The position numbers and the translations under genes were made by a program. A stretch of DNA of 40,126 nucleotides from a virus (lineage: Duplodnaviria > Caudoviricetes): the IMG/VR virus record IMGVR_UViG_3300032257_000041, positions 1 through 40,126 of that record. One strand, 5' to 3'. Under the pieces are notes generated by a model. The model worked only from the letters and a program-made list of their open reading frames with translations, did no database searches and had not been told where the DNA came from. Positions 1 through 7,153 of this stretch are shown here, piece by piece (position 1 is the stretch's first letter; each line of letters opens with the position of its first letter).

Positions 1-370
1 GGGATGCTCGGGTGTCCGGGGATGCTCGGGTGTCCGGGGGTGCTTGGGTGTACGGGGATGCTCGGGTGTCCGAGGATGCTCAGGTGTTCGGGGATGCTCG
101 GGTGTTCGGGGATGCTCAGGTGTCCGGGGGTGCTTGGGTGTACGGGGATGCTCAGGTGTACGGGGATGCTCAGGTGTACGGGGATGCTCGGGTGTCCGGG
201 GATGCTTGGGTGTACGGGGATGCTCAGGTGTCCGGGGATGCTTGGGTGTACGGGGATGCTCAGGTGTCCGGGAATGCCCAGGTGTACGGGGATGCTCTGG
301 TGTACGGGGATGCTCAGGTGTCCGGGGATGCTTGGGTGTACGGGGATGCTCAGGTGTCCGGGGATGCTGA
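1..370 (+). repeat. 18-bp tandem repeat (GGG GAT GCT YDG GTG THC), about 20 units; 3' part of the array
   Basis: Directly visible periodicity; encodes GDA[RWQL]V[SYF] hexapeptides. Confidence 0.98.
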
Positions 371-578
371 GAAGACGCCGATCAATATAACGGGATTATA
401 CTATCCAATAACAATTACAGATTCACATATTAAAATCGGATGTGAATTTCATACAACACGAGAATGGAATGATTTTACAGATGCCGAAATACATAGCATG
501 GACAACGACAATGCTTGTGACTTTTGGGGAGTTCACAAAAACACGATCTTGAACTTAGCTAAATATCATCAGGAGTAA
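3..578 (+). CDS. C-terminal part of a hexapeptide-repeat (left-handed beta-helix-like) phage protein; continues from 39718 across the contig ends
   Basis: Only this frame runs on into a unique C-terminal domain (ITITDSHIKIGCEFH...W...MD...FW) of the kind seen after repeat tracts in phage proteins. Confidence 0.85.
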   Translation, partial: DARVSGDARVSGGAWVYGDARVSEDAQVFGDARVFGDAQVSGGAWVYGDAQVYGDAQVYGDARVSGDAWVYGDAQVSGDAWVYGDAQVSGNAQVYGDALVYGDAQVSGDAWVYGDAQVSGDAEKTPINITGLYYPITITDSHIKIGCEFHTTREWNDFTDAEIHSMDNDNACDFWGVHKNTILNLAKYHQE

Positions 579-581
579 TTT

Positions 582-683
582 ATGACCGATCCAATCGAAC
601 AAGCAAAGAAACTTGAGCTTATAGTCTGGGTTTGTGTGGTGTTTCTTATTGAGTTTCTTATCTATCAATTCTTTACGGGGTGA
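582..683 (+). CDS. 33-aa single-TM membrane peptide
   Basis: AGGAG RBS; MTDPIEQAKKLELIVWVCVVFLIEFLIYQFFTG (manually translated). Confidence 0.55.
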   Translation: MTDPIEQAKKLELIVWVCVVFLIEFLIYQFFTG

Positions 684-701
684 TTATTGCGGGTTAGCTA
701 A

Positions 702-815
702 ATGAAATACGATTTCAGAAAAGAAGACTTCGAGACAAAACCTAAACACACGCTAGTTCATTGGGTGGTTATGATTGCTCTTATTCTGGGTTGTGTTGCT
801 ATCGCAGCTTATTAG
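702..815 (+). CDS. 37-aa single-TM membrane peptide
   Basis: MKYDFRKEDFETKPKHTLVHWVVMIALILGCVAIAAY (manually translated). Confidence 0.5.
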   Translation: MKYDFRKEDFETKPKHTLVHWVVMIALILGCVAIAAY

Positions 816-936
816 CCCTTAAAACTAAAGAAGGATAAATTCTAATGTCGTTCTCGGCAAGGCTATATCTACGCAAACTTAAAGTCTTTCTCACTCTCAT
901 ATTGTAAGGTCTTGCTTTTGTGATTTTGAATATCAT
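799..936 (-). CDS. 45-aa basic hypothetical protein
   Basis: AGGAG RBS before ATG; manually translated. Confidence 0.4.
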   Translation of the reverse strand: MIFKITKARPYNMRVRKTLSLRRYSLAENDIRIYPSLVLRANKLR

Positions 937-964
937 AGTAGCTCCTTGCATTTTGCACGATATT

Positions 965-1264
965 TTAATTTAATGGCTCGATTATGATCTCCGTCTTTTC
1001 CTCGTCTTTCGTGAGGATGCTTTCAAAGGTGACTTTTCTGATTTCTTTGGTCGAATCATCTGGTAGTATTCCTGCCCGTATAATTCCATCCAGTACGGCT
1101 TTAACTGATATTCCGTCAGGGTCGTGCTTTCGGTTTCGGTAGCTGATAACTGTAATATTGACTCGTGAATCCAGTCTCGCAACTTTTTCCGCTCCCACGG
1201 ATGCATTGCTAGGATTCGATTCCAGGTCGGTAACGGATAGGGAAGCGTTATTTTTATCATTCAA
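965..1264 (-). CDS. RusA-like Holliday junction resolvase, catalytic part
   Basis: R..D.DG...K..LDG....G.LPDD pattern typical of RusA; only a TTG start. Confidence 0.7.
   Translation of the reverse strand: MNDKNNASLSVTDLESNPSNASVGAEKVARLDSRVNITVISYRNRKHDPDGISVKAVLDGIIRAGILPDDSTKEIRKVTFESILTKDEEKTEIIIEPLN
982..1260 (-). CDS. Overlapping ORF carrying a RusA-like N-terminus
   Basis: ATG directly after the upstream TGA; MIKITLPYPLPTWN resembles the RusA LP.PPS.N start. Confidence 0.55.
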   Translation of the reverse strand: MIKITLPYPLPTWNRILAMHPWERKKLRDWIHESILQLSATETESTTLTEYQLKPYWMELYGQEYYQMIRPKKSEKSPLKASSRKTRKRRRS

Positions 1265-1593
1265 AGTATATTCCTGATTTTATTATAAGCCTCTAAGTGT
1301 TTTTTGGTTTGCTCTAGTAACCAGTCCTCATTCCCATATCGTTCTTCGAATCGTTGCTTGTTGGGGTGTCTGGACGTGTATAACGGGCTTTTAGGATCGT
1401 TCTGGTCTGCCATATGGTGATAATAACAAAGCGACAGAGTCTTCATGTGTGCGTCTGGCTTGGTCTTGCCGTCTATGTGGTGGATTTGTGGTGGTGTATG
1501 CTGGTTTTTCTCCAGGAGGCATACAATACACCCCATTTCCCGGATACCGTCCATGTAATCCTTTTCTTCTGCTGTGGGTGTTCTGCCTTTCAT
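1261..1593 (-). CDS. Ref-like (recombination enhancement) HNH nuclease
   Basis: GCIVC...IHH...LCYYHH...H...FEERYG-E motifs. Confidence 0.8.
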   Translation of the reverse strand: MKGRTPTAEEKDYMDGIREMGCIVCLLEKNQHTPPQIHHIDGKTKPDAHMKTLSLCYYHHMADQNDPKSPLYTSRHPNKQRFEERYGNEDWLLEQTKKHLEAYNKIRNIL

Positions 1594-1596
1594 ACT

Positions 1597-1851
1597 CTAC
1601 AGGTCTTTTGTCTTGGCATTATTTGTCAGCCTTTGCGATACAATATCTTTTTTATATCTCTCTATTACATCTGACATTTCTGTTTTTCTCGGATCTTTCC
1701 CTTTATCCAGATCAATACAACAATCTACATAAGCCCATCCGATGGCCTCAAATCCAGCTATTTCTATTTTTTGTCTCATTTGCGTAAAAACCTGCTCGGC
1801 TGTTATTTTATGGCCTGCTATCGCGTCCTCTATTTCATCTATGGTCATCAT
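1597..1851 (-). CDS. hypothetical protein
   Basis: ORF in the minus-strand operon with GGAG RBS. Confidence 0.7.
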   Translation of the reverse strand: MMTIDEIEDAIAGHKITAEQVFTQMRQKIEIAGFEAIGWAYVDCCIDLDKGKDPRKTEMSDVIERYKKDIVSQRLTNNAKTKDL

Positions 1852-1870
1852 TATTTACTCCTTTGTTTCT

Positions 1871-2113
1871 TCAAAATGGGATGCATCCATAATGATCGCC
1901 GTATCTTTTCCCGCAATCCTTACATTTCTCTGGCAACCATTTCCTAAAAAACCAATACTTCATCCATTCTTTAAATTCATTATATTTACTAATCCCTATT
2001 AAGTCCTCATAAGACAGCGATTTACCGCAGCGATCACAATGTAATGATTCTGGCGGGGCTGGATCTTGTGGGTGCGGCTCACAACCATACCACCAACACT
2101 TAATATTTTTCAT
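1871..2113 (-). CDS. small Cys-rich (zinc-ribbon) protein
   Basis: CDRC and CKDC pairs. Confidence 0.7.
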   Translation of the reverse strand: MKNIKCWWYGCEPHPQDPAPPESLHCDRCGKSLSYEDLIGISKYNEFKEWMKYWFFRKWLPEKCKDCGKRYGDHYGCIPF

Positions 2114-2178
2114 TTTAACCTTCCTTTGTTTCTTCGCTCGGAAAATGGATTGATACCCCGAATTCCTGACTTAACCAT

Positions 2179-2331
2179 CTATTTACTCCTCTTTAAAGTA
2201 ACCACTTTTTTATTACGCTCTTTCATTTCTTCCACTATCAACCTTTTGGCGTTCTCATGGAATCCTATTTTAGAGTTATGCCAGTCCATAGCGTTCTTTA
2301 GTTCTTGTTTGGTCATTAATTCAATTATCAT
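2179..2331 (-). CDS. 50-aa hypothetical protein
   Basis: ATGA-coupled to the upstream HTH gene; MIIELMTKQELKNAMDWH... (manually translated). Confidence 0.55.
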   Translation of the reverse strand: MIIELMTKQELKNAMDWHNSKIGFHENAKRLIVEEMKERNKKVVTLKRSK

Positions 2332-2531
2332 AATAAAACCTCCTTATGCCTATCTGGAAAGAGATCATAATGTAGGTCTAGTAACCTAATCCCCTGGCTG
2401 AACTTTGGTTCTGGTGTATCTCCCCTTGCTATTCTGCGTAGTGTTCCCGCGTCAATATCGGCCTGTATGGCTATCTTAGACAGTGGTTTGTGTCTTCTCA
2501 GGTTTAGGGTTAGTTGCTGCCAGTTAATCAA
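2328..2531 (-). CDS. small XRE/Cro-like HTH protein
   Basis: LSKIA...IDAGTLRRIARG...EP.FS.G pattern. Confidence 0.8.
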   Translation of the reverse strand: MINWQQLTLNLRRHKPLSKIAIQADIDAGTLRRIARGDTPEPKFSQGIRLLDLHYDLFPDRHKEVLL

Positions 2532-3277
2532 AATAGTTCCTTTGCGTTATTCTCTTGGTAGTGTTTTGGCGGTGTTTTTCGTTTAAGGATGCAGTCTTTT
2601 TTGGCGCTTGAGTGTATGAAATATAAATATCTAAACTGTCTTAACTTTTTTGATGTCGCGCTCTCTTTGTTTTCTTGTAGTTTTGCTGCGGCTTTACTTA
2701 AATTTGGGTTTCTAGTCATTAGGCTATTATGATAAATCTCGTTATCCAACTCCCAGAATATTGAAGTGTGCTCACCGTAATACCAGAAATTTGCCGCTTG
2801 GTACACAATTCCATTTTTCCCGCACCTTTCATCAGCGAAACTCTGTATCCAACGGATATTTGGATATTTGCGTTTTATGTATTTAATCGCATAACTTATT
2901 GCCATACTTTCACTGTTTTTTCTGCAATCGTCATGTAGCCACATTCGATTTAGCTCGAGGTAATCCTTTATTCCTGTATTTTTTACGACACTTGACTGGC
3001 TTGCTGGGTTCATTGCATAGCCAAACTGTAATATCCCGCTTAGTTTTTTTTCATAAAATACACCAAGATGTATGTAGGTTGCATTATAATATTTACCGCT
3101 GTAATGGTTTTCAATAATTATTTTATTAGCTAAATCCCTGTCCACTTCTTTTATATTGAAGTCGTCACGCCCAAACCCTACAACCTCAGTGTGCCCAAAC
3201 AAAGAGCCCTGCCCTGACATAATATAACCCTTTTTTATTTTTTCTTTCTTGGTTTCTAGTGCTTTCATTTCAATCAA
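2528..3277 (-). CDS. Mom-family (GNAT-fold) adenine modification protein
   Basis: NHYS, ELNRMWL, NSES..IS, IQSFADERCG..G.VYQAANF.YYG motifs of Mu Mom-like proteins. Confidence 0.85.
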   Translation of the reverse strand: MIEMKALETKKEKIKKGYIMSGQGSLFGHTEVVGFGRDDFNIKEVDRDLANKIIIENHYSGKYYNATYIHLGVFYEKKLSGILQFGYAMNPASQSSVVKNTGIKDYLELNRMWLHDDCRKNSESMAISYAIKYIKRKYPNIRWIQSFADERCGKNGIVYQAANFWYYGEHTSIFWELDNEIYHNSLMTRNPNLSKAAAKLQENKESATSKKLRQFRYLYFIHSSAKKDCILKRKTPPKHYQENNAKELF

Positions 3278-3900
3278 AACAAAGCCTCCTGCCTGGTTTC
3301 ATTATCAAACCGCTTTACCGCTGCGTCGTAATAGTCTTTATCAATCTCAATTCCTACGAAATCACAGCCGAAGTAATGAGCAGCTATTGCGCTGGAGCCT
3401 GAGCCTAGATGAGTGTCGAGTATCTTTTGGCCTGACTCTGCGTAGTTGGTTAGTAGCCAATCATAGAGTTTTACGGGTTTTTCGCATGGATGAATTGTGC
3501 TTGTTGGCCGGTTCACGTTCTGCCAAACAATGTCTACATATTCTACTTTTTTATGCTTTGAGCATGACGCGATTTCACATTTGCTCATGCTTGGGTGTCT
3601 TACGCTTTTATACCAAACGATTGCGCCGCCTTTGTTGGTAAAACAATTATAATAATTTGCGCCCCATATAATCTGATGCTCGGAAACCCTCTTAATCTCC
3701 CCGAAATAATTTTTATCAGGTATAGAATAATTCCAGTCTTGATTCCACTTCTTTTCCCATTTTGCGCCCCCATCACCATCTGTCATGCAAAACTCACCTA
3801 TCCCATAAGGCGGGTCTACACAAGCGAGGTTGAAGTAATTGTCTGGATAACGCGCCATCACGTCCATACAGTCTTCGTTAAGAAGTTCTATTTTTGGCAT
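3274..3900 (-). CDS. DNA N6-adenine/N4-cytosine methyltransferase (beta class)
   Basis: DPPY precedes HPCEKPV and ILDTHLGSGS. Confidence 0.92.
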   Translation of the reverse strand: MPKIELLNEDCMDVMARYPDNYFNLACVDPPYGIGEFCMTDGDGGAKWEKKWNQDWNYSIPDKNYFGEIKRVSEHQIIWGANYYNCFTNKGGAIVWYKSVRHPSMSKCEIASCSKHKKVEYVDIVWQNVNRPTSTIHPCEKPVKLYDWLLTNYAESGQKILDTHLGSGSSAIAAHYFGCDFVGIEIDKDYYDAAVKRFDNETRQEALF

Positions 3901-4349
3901 AAGGCATCGTCCAGTGTCATGTCGGATAGATAACGGCCACGAACAGGAGTATCTATATTTTCATCCCGATATGTGCCGCGCAGACTTTCCACCCTGAAAA
4001 ACATGGTTTGTTTAATATCTTTGTTTTTCATGTAACCAATCTGCTTCTCATCAAGAGCAACAAGTGCAAATATATCGCAGCTTTCACCCGTCCTCATTGA
4101 TCTATTGAACTTCCCGCAACGCTTAACATTAAACGCATAGGTATTCACATTGCTAACTCTTTGCGGTGTTTGCTTATGGGTTCTAGTCGCTTTCACCTGA
4201 ACTTTTAAAAGGACGCCGCCTGCATCTAAAACAACGTCATACGGCAAACCTTGTTCCGATGGATACGCTATAAACCCGCGCATTATTAAGTCAGCGCAAA
4301 CAAGGTACTCACCAGCCTTGCCTGCCGCCATATCGCTTATATCATTCAT
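3888..4349 (-). CDS. PD-(D/E)XK homing-type endonuclease (I-Ssp6803I-like)
   Basis: G..GE.LV...L...G, PYD.V.D, KVQVK, D.FALV motifs. Confidence 0.8.
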   Translation of the reverse strand: MNDISDMAAGKAGEYLVCADLIMRGFIAYPSEQGLPYDVVLDAGGVLLKVQVKATRTHKQTPQRVSNVNTYAFNVKRCGKFNRSMRTGESCDIFALVALDEKQIGYMKNKDIKQTMFFRVESLRGTYRDENIDTPVRGRYLSDMTLDDALCQK

Positions 4350-4450
4350 AAGTACATTATACTTATGTTTGCAACAATCGCCAGATCAAACTCATTATCC
4401 TTGCATGTTTTCATATATTCCATGCAGTCCATGTTTAATAATTCAATCAT
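4346..4450 (-). pseudogene. Orphaned N-terminal fragment of a DNA methyltransferase
   Basis: MIELLNMDCMEYMKTCKDNEFDLAIV aligns with the start of the intact MTase (IELLNEDCMDVMARYPDNYFNLACV) and diverges exactly where DPPY should begin. Confidence 0.85.
4347..4367 (-). promoter_or_regulatory. Hairpin sequestering the endonuclease start codon, overlapping a TATAAT
   Basis: Perfect 8-bp inverted repeat CATAAGTA-taatg-TACTTATG on the minus strand. Confidence 0.6.
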
Positions 4451-4517
4451 CTTCCATGTCCGGTTTTTGACCACCACGGAAGCCCGGTTGGTTCATCGTT
4501 TGGGTATTCAAGATTCA

Positions 4518-4736
4518 TTAGCCTGTACCTCGCAATATATCGAACTTAACGCCAAGTCTTTTTTGTGCATTTTCTGACGCCCTGTTTCTTGCTTCTCGGC
4601 CATCAGTAAAACCACGATAATATTCTGTGCTTATATCTTTGTTTTCGTGGTCGCCTTTTTTTGGATCTATTGCCCTAGTTGCTGCACCATCACGCCATCC
4701 GCTTGTGTAAGAGTAAAGCAAATCTTTTTTATTCAT
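4518..4736 (-). CDS. hypothetical protein
   Basis: ORF with Y..GW.DG / Y..GF.DG motifs. Confidence 0.7.
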   Translation of the reverse strand: MNKKDLLYSYTSGWRDGAATRAIDPKKGDHENKDISTEYYRGFTDGREARNRASENAQKRLGVKFDILRGTG

Positions 4737-5166
4737 TTCTTTCCTCAACCCCCATTGCTTCGTGATAATCCTCAGTCTTGCTCAGAATAATCTGTATTTC
4801 ATCATCTGTTGCAGCGTCGTGGTAGATCCTTTCTATAAAATCTGAAAACTCACCTACTTTAAGTTTAGTGGTTGATATAGGAACCCATGTAACCACGCCA
4901 CGTACTTCCTCCACACCCTCACCTAAAAACTTTTTCTTATAATATGCCGCCCAAGTATCCGGGGAATGAAATGTCCCGTGTGACGCTTCGTATTTTTTTG
5001 CCAGTTCGTTCATCATCGCCCAGAAAAGACGGTTTTGCGCAAGACTCCTGTCTTTTCTATAAAATTCTGATGTGATTTGAACTGGCTTGGTAACTTCCAT
5101 TGATTGAAGCCTGGATATTATTTTGGCTTTGTCGTGCTCATTTCTGATGATGTCGATATGCTTCAT
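4729..5166 (-). CDS. ninB: NinB-family recombination protein
   Basis: RSLAQNRLFWA and STTKLKVGEFSDFIERI motifs. Confidence 0.8.
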   Translation of the reverse strand: MKHIDIIRNEHDKAKIISRLQSMEVTKPVQITSEFYRKDRSLAQNRLFWAMMNELAKKYEASHGTFHSPDTWAAYYKKKFLGEGVEEVRGVVTWVPISTTKLKVGEFSDFIERIYHDAATDDEIQIILSKTEDYHEAMGVEERNE

Positions 5167-5206
5167 CACCACGCCCTCTGGAGTAACCCGCACTTATTGC
5201 AAGTCT

Positions 5207-5389
5207 TCATAGCTTGTTAACCGTTTTGTAGTAGTAAGATTCTAATTTAACCGCATCTGAGTATCTTGGATCTCTTAATTCCCCCCGTTTAATTCGTCGG
5301 ATAGTCCAGAAGTTGATCCCTGTCGCTTCTGCTACCTGCTTCATATTTGAAGTCCTGAGTAATTCAAATAACATCTTGTTCCAGTTCAT
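5207..5389 (-). CDS. small XRE/Cro-like HTH protein, paralog of 2328-2531
   Basis: NW...VAEATGI...TIRRIKRG...DP.YS pattern. Confidence 0.8.
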   Translation of the reverse strand: MNWNKMLFELLRTSNMKQVAEATGINFWTIRRIKRGELRDPRYSDAVKLESYYYKTVNKL

Positions 5390-5402
5390 ATCTCCCCCGG
5401 TT

Positions 5403-5457
5403 ATTTAACTTAAACGTTAAACCAGACCGCTTGCGGCTGGTTAACTTTATGTTATAA
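5403..5457 (+). mobile_element. attC-like recombination site 1 (55 bp)
   Basis: ATTTAAC-6 nt-GTTAAACC...GGTTAAC-5 nt-GTTATAA; imperfect palindrome with two extra bases on the left arm. Confidence 0.75.
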
Positions 5458-5652
5458 ACCATCAATAGAACGGTTTACTTGAACTATCGCTGTCATTGCC
5501 ACTTTAGGGAAGTCAGGGCATTTTGTGCTCCACTGCTCTGGTCGCCAGAGATACCCGCGCACTGCATTACAAGCGTCCTTGTACTCTTCTATTATTACTT
5601 TTAAATCTTCAATCTCTAATTGTTGTTTGGTAATCAATTCATCTTTAGTCAT
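5452..5652 (-). CDS. hypothetical protein inside the attC-bounded cassette
   Basis: MTKDELITKQQLEIE...; stop codon lies in the GTTA of site 1. Confidence 0.75.
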   Translation of the reverse strand: MTKDELITKQQLEIEDLKVIIEEYKDACNAVRGYLWRPEQWSTKCPDFPKVAMTAIVQVNRSIDGL

Positions 5653-5669
5653 AATATCCACCAGTTTGT

Positions 5670-5726
5670 TTATAACAAAACATTCAAGCCGACCTAAAAA
5701 CCAGTCGGATTATTAGGGTGTTAATG
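5670..5726 (+). mobile_element. attC-like recombination site 2 (57 bp)
   Basis: TTATAAC-AAAAC-ATTCAAGC-CGAC...GTCG-GATTATT-AGGGT-GTTAATG; L' box degenerate. Confidence 0.7.
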
Positions 5727-6080
5727 CGCCGCGTTATGTGGTAGATGTTCGTTAATTGCTTTATCAATCCCGCCCATCTCTTTTAGTTTTATTTTTGCTC
5801 GTTTTGCTACGCTCCAGTCTGGCTCGTTTCCTGCCTGATCTAGCCCTAATTCCTCGGTTTTCTCTCTTATCAACTTGTCCCGCCAGTCCTCGCGGTCTGT
5901 GCCTTTAATCTGGTGGTGGTAGCAGTCCCAACAATGAAAACCGTTATACTGAATCCTGGCCATTCTCCCGCATAGACACTTGATCCCGCCCTGTGCTTTT
6001 ACTGTGGATTTCCAGCCACACTCACAACGGGTTGCGCCTGCTAATAGTGGGGTTGTGCATTCAGGGCAACGGTTATCCAC
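5721..6080 (-). CDS. zinc-ribbon hypothetical protein downstream of the initiator
   Basis: CPEC, CECG, CLCG, CWDC. Confidence 0.75.
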   Translation of the reverse strand: MDNRCPECTTPLLAGATRCECGWKSTVKAQGGIKCLCGRMARIQYNGFHCWDCYHHQIKGTDREDWRDKLIREKTEELGLDQAGNEPDWSVAKRAKIKLKEMGGIDKAINEHLPHNAAH

Positions 6081-6798
6081 GTTCTACCTCCTGCTGTCCA
6101 AGTTCGCCAACGTATTGGGCGCATTTAGTTGCGTTGAATAGTGTCGCCGGTCTTAGGTAGGGTTCCATTTTTTCGTCGGTTCCCCACTCCCTGCACTTTT
6201 TAGCTATCACCTGCCGAAGTTGTGTTTTTGAATATTCTTTTAGTCTTGCAGAAATCATGGATAGATTTGATTTAACAGGCTGGTAGTTGCGCCCTGTTTT
6301 TTCGTTAAGGAAATTCAATATTTCTAATTCGTCGGGTTTGCCCGACATAAGTGTTTTAGATGGATCTGTATATGTATATGCATCTGTATGGGTCTTCTGC
6401 GGTCCACTGCGGTCTACATTGTCCACATTTTTATTTTTATTCCTGTATTCCCGTTGCTTTTCGGTCTTGTATGCGCGCCTTTCTTCTTCGTTGCGTATTG
6501 CTCGATACTTCCCGTGATTGAGAAGACGCCAGCCCCCTTCGATTTCCTCTATCCTGCGCCCTTCGTGGTCTTTGGTTCTACTGTATGGGTCTGGTGACAT
6601 AAACTTTTTTAAGGCTTTCTCTGCGTTCTCAATAGGCACTGATGCATATTTGGCTAGCCCTGGGATGCTTGCGAATACCCTACCGTTTTTGTCACACATA
6701 GCTAACATTGTGATCCATACGACTCTAATGTCTGAGTCTTCGCACCATATTGTTGAGGCAGTAATTGAAGAAAATAACTTTGTGAATGTGTGGCTCAT
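6073..6798 (-). CDS. Phage replication initiator (winged-HTH N-terminus, conserved phage C-terminal domain)
   Basis: TKLFSSI..S.IW.E N-terminus; ILNFLNEKTGRNY...YLRPATLF C-terminus. Confidence 0.85.
   Translation of the reverse strand: MSHTFTKLFSSITASTIWCEDSDIRVVWITMLAMCDKNGRVFASIPGLAKYASVPIENAEKALKKFMSPDPYSRTKDHEGRRIEEIEGGWRLLNHGKYRAIRNEEERRAYKTEKQREYRNKNKNVDNVDRSGPQKTHTDAYTYTDPSKTLMSGKPDELEILNFLNEKTGRNYQPVKSNLSMISARLKEYSKTQLRQVIAKKCREWGTDEKMEPYLRPATLFNATKCAQYVGELGQQEVERG
6401..6440. repeat. Candidate iterons/origin: three GTC(C/T)AC units at 9-10 bp spacing plus an AT-rich tract
   Basis: ggtccactgc ggtctacatt gtccacattt ttatttttat within the initiator gene. Confidence 0.5.
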
Positions 6799-6826
6799 AT
6801 CTATCCCTTATATATTCAATATGTCC

Positions 6827-6855
6827 ACTGTAGACAATTTAGTCCACACTGTCAA
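6827..6855 (-). promoter_or_regulatory. sigma70-type promoter of the initiator gene
   Basis: TTGACA-17-TACAGT. Confidence 0.7.
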
Positions 6856-6865
6856 CATATCTGCT

Positions 6866-7153
6866 TTATTCATCTTCAGGCCCCCATTTTTTTAATATTT
6901 CCCGCCCTCTTTTTAACACCTCTTGCGGATCTCTTAATGATTCAGGCAGCTCTATCTCCACTAAACCCATAATCTCCTGATGTACTTCGTCTGATACCTG
7001 ATCGCCTGTTTCGATATCAATGAGGGTTCCATCCTGAAAGTTAAGGTATGTTTTAAAGTTAACCCCGAATAATGCGTCTTTATGGGGAGATTCGCAGACA
7101 GATAATATTTCGCCGCCGTCTATTTCTATTAATTTTTCCAGTATTCTGTGCAT
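6866..7153 (-). CDS. hypothetical protein
   Basis: ORF with GGAG RBS. Confidence 0.7.
   Translation of the reverse strand: MHRILEKLIEIDGGEILSVCESPHKDALFGVNFKTYLNFQDGTLIDIETGDQVSDEVHQEIMGLVEIELPESLRDPQEVLKRGREILKKWGPEDE

Noticed and set aside
1-390. CRISPR array, or the alternative ORFs 4-390 and 44-370
   Set aside because: Units are contiguous with no spacers; the other frames are open only because the repeat lacks stops, and they have no unique domain.
3888-4349. Group I intron around the PD-(D/E)XK gene
   Set aside because: The ORF overlaps coding sequence on both sides, leaving no room for a ribozyme core.
5181-5222. attC-like GAGTAAC...GTTAACC
   Set aside because: Too short and lacks paired L boxes.
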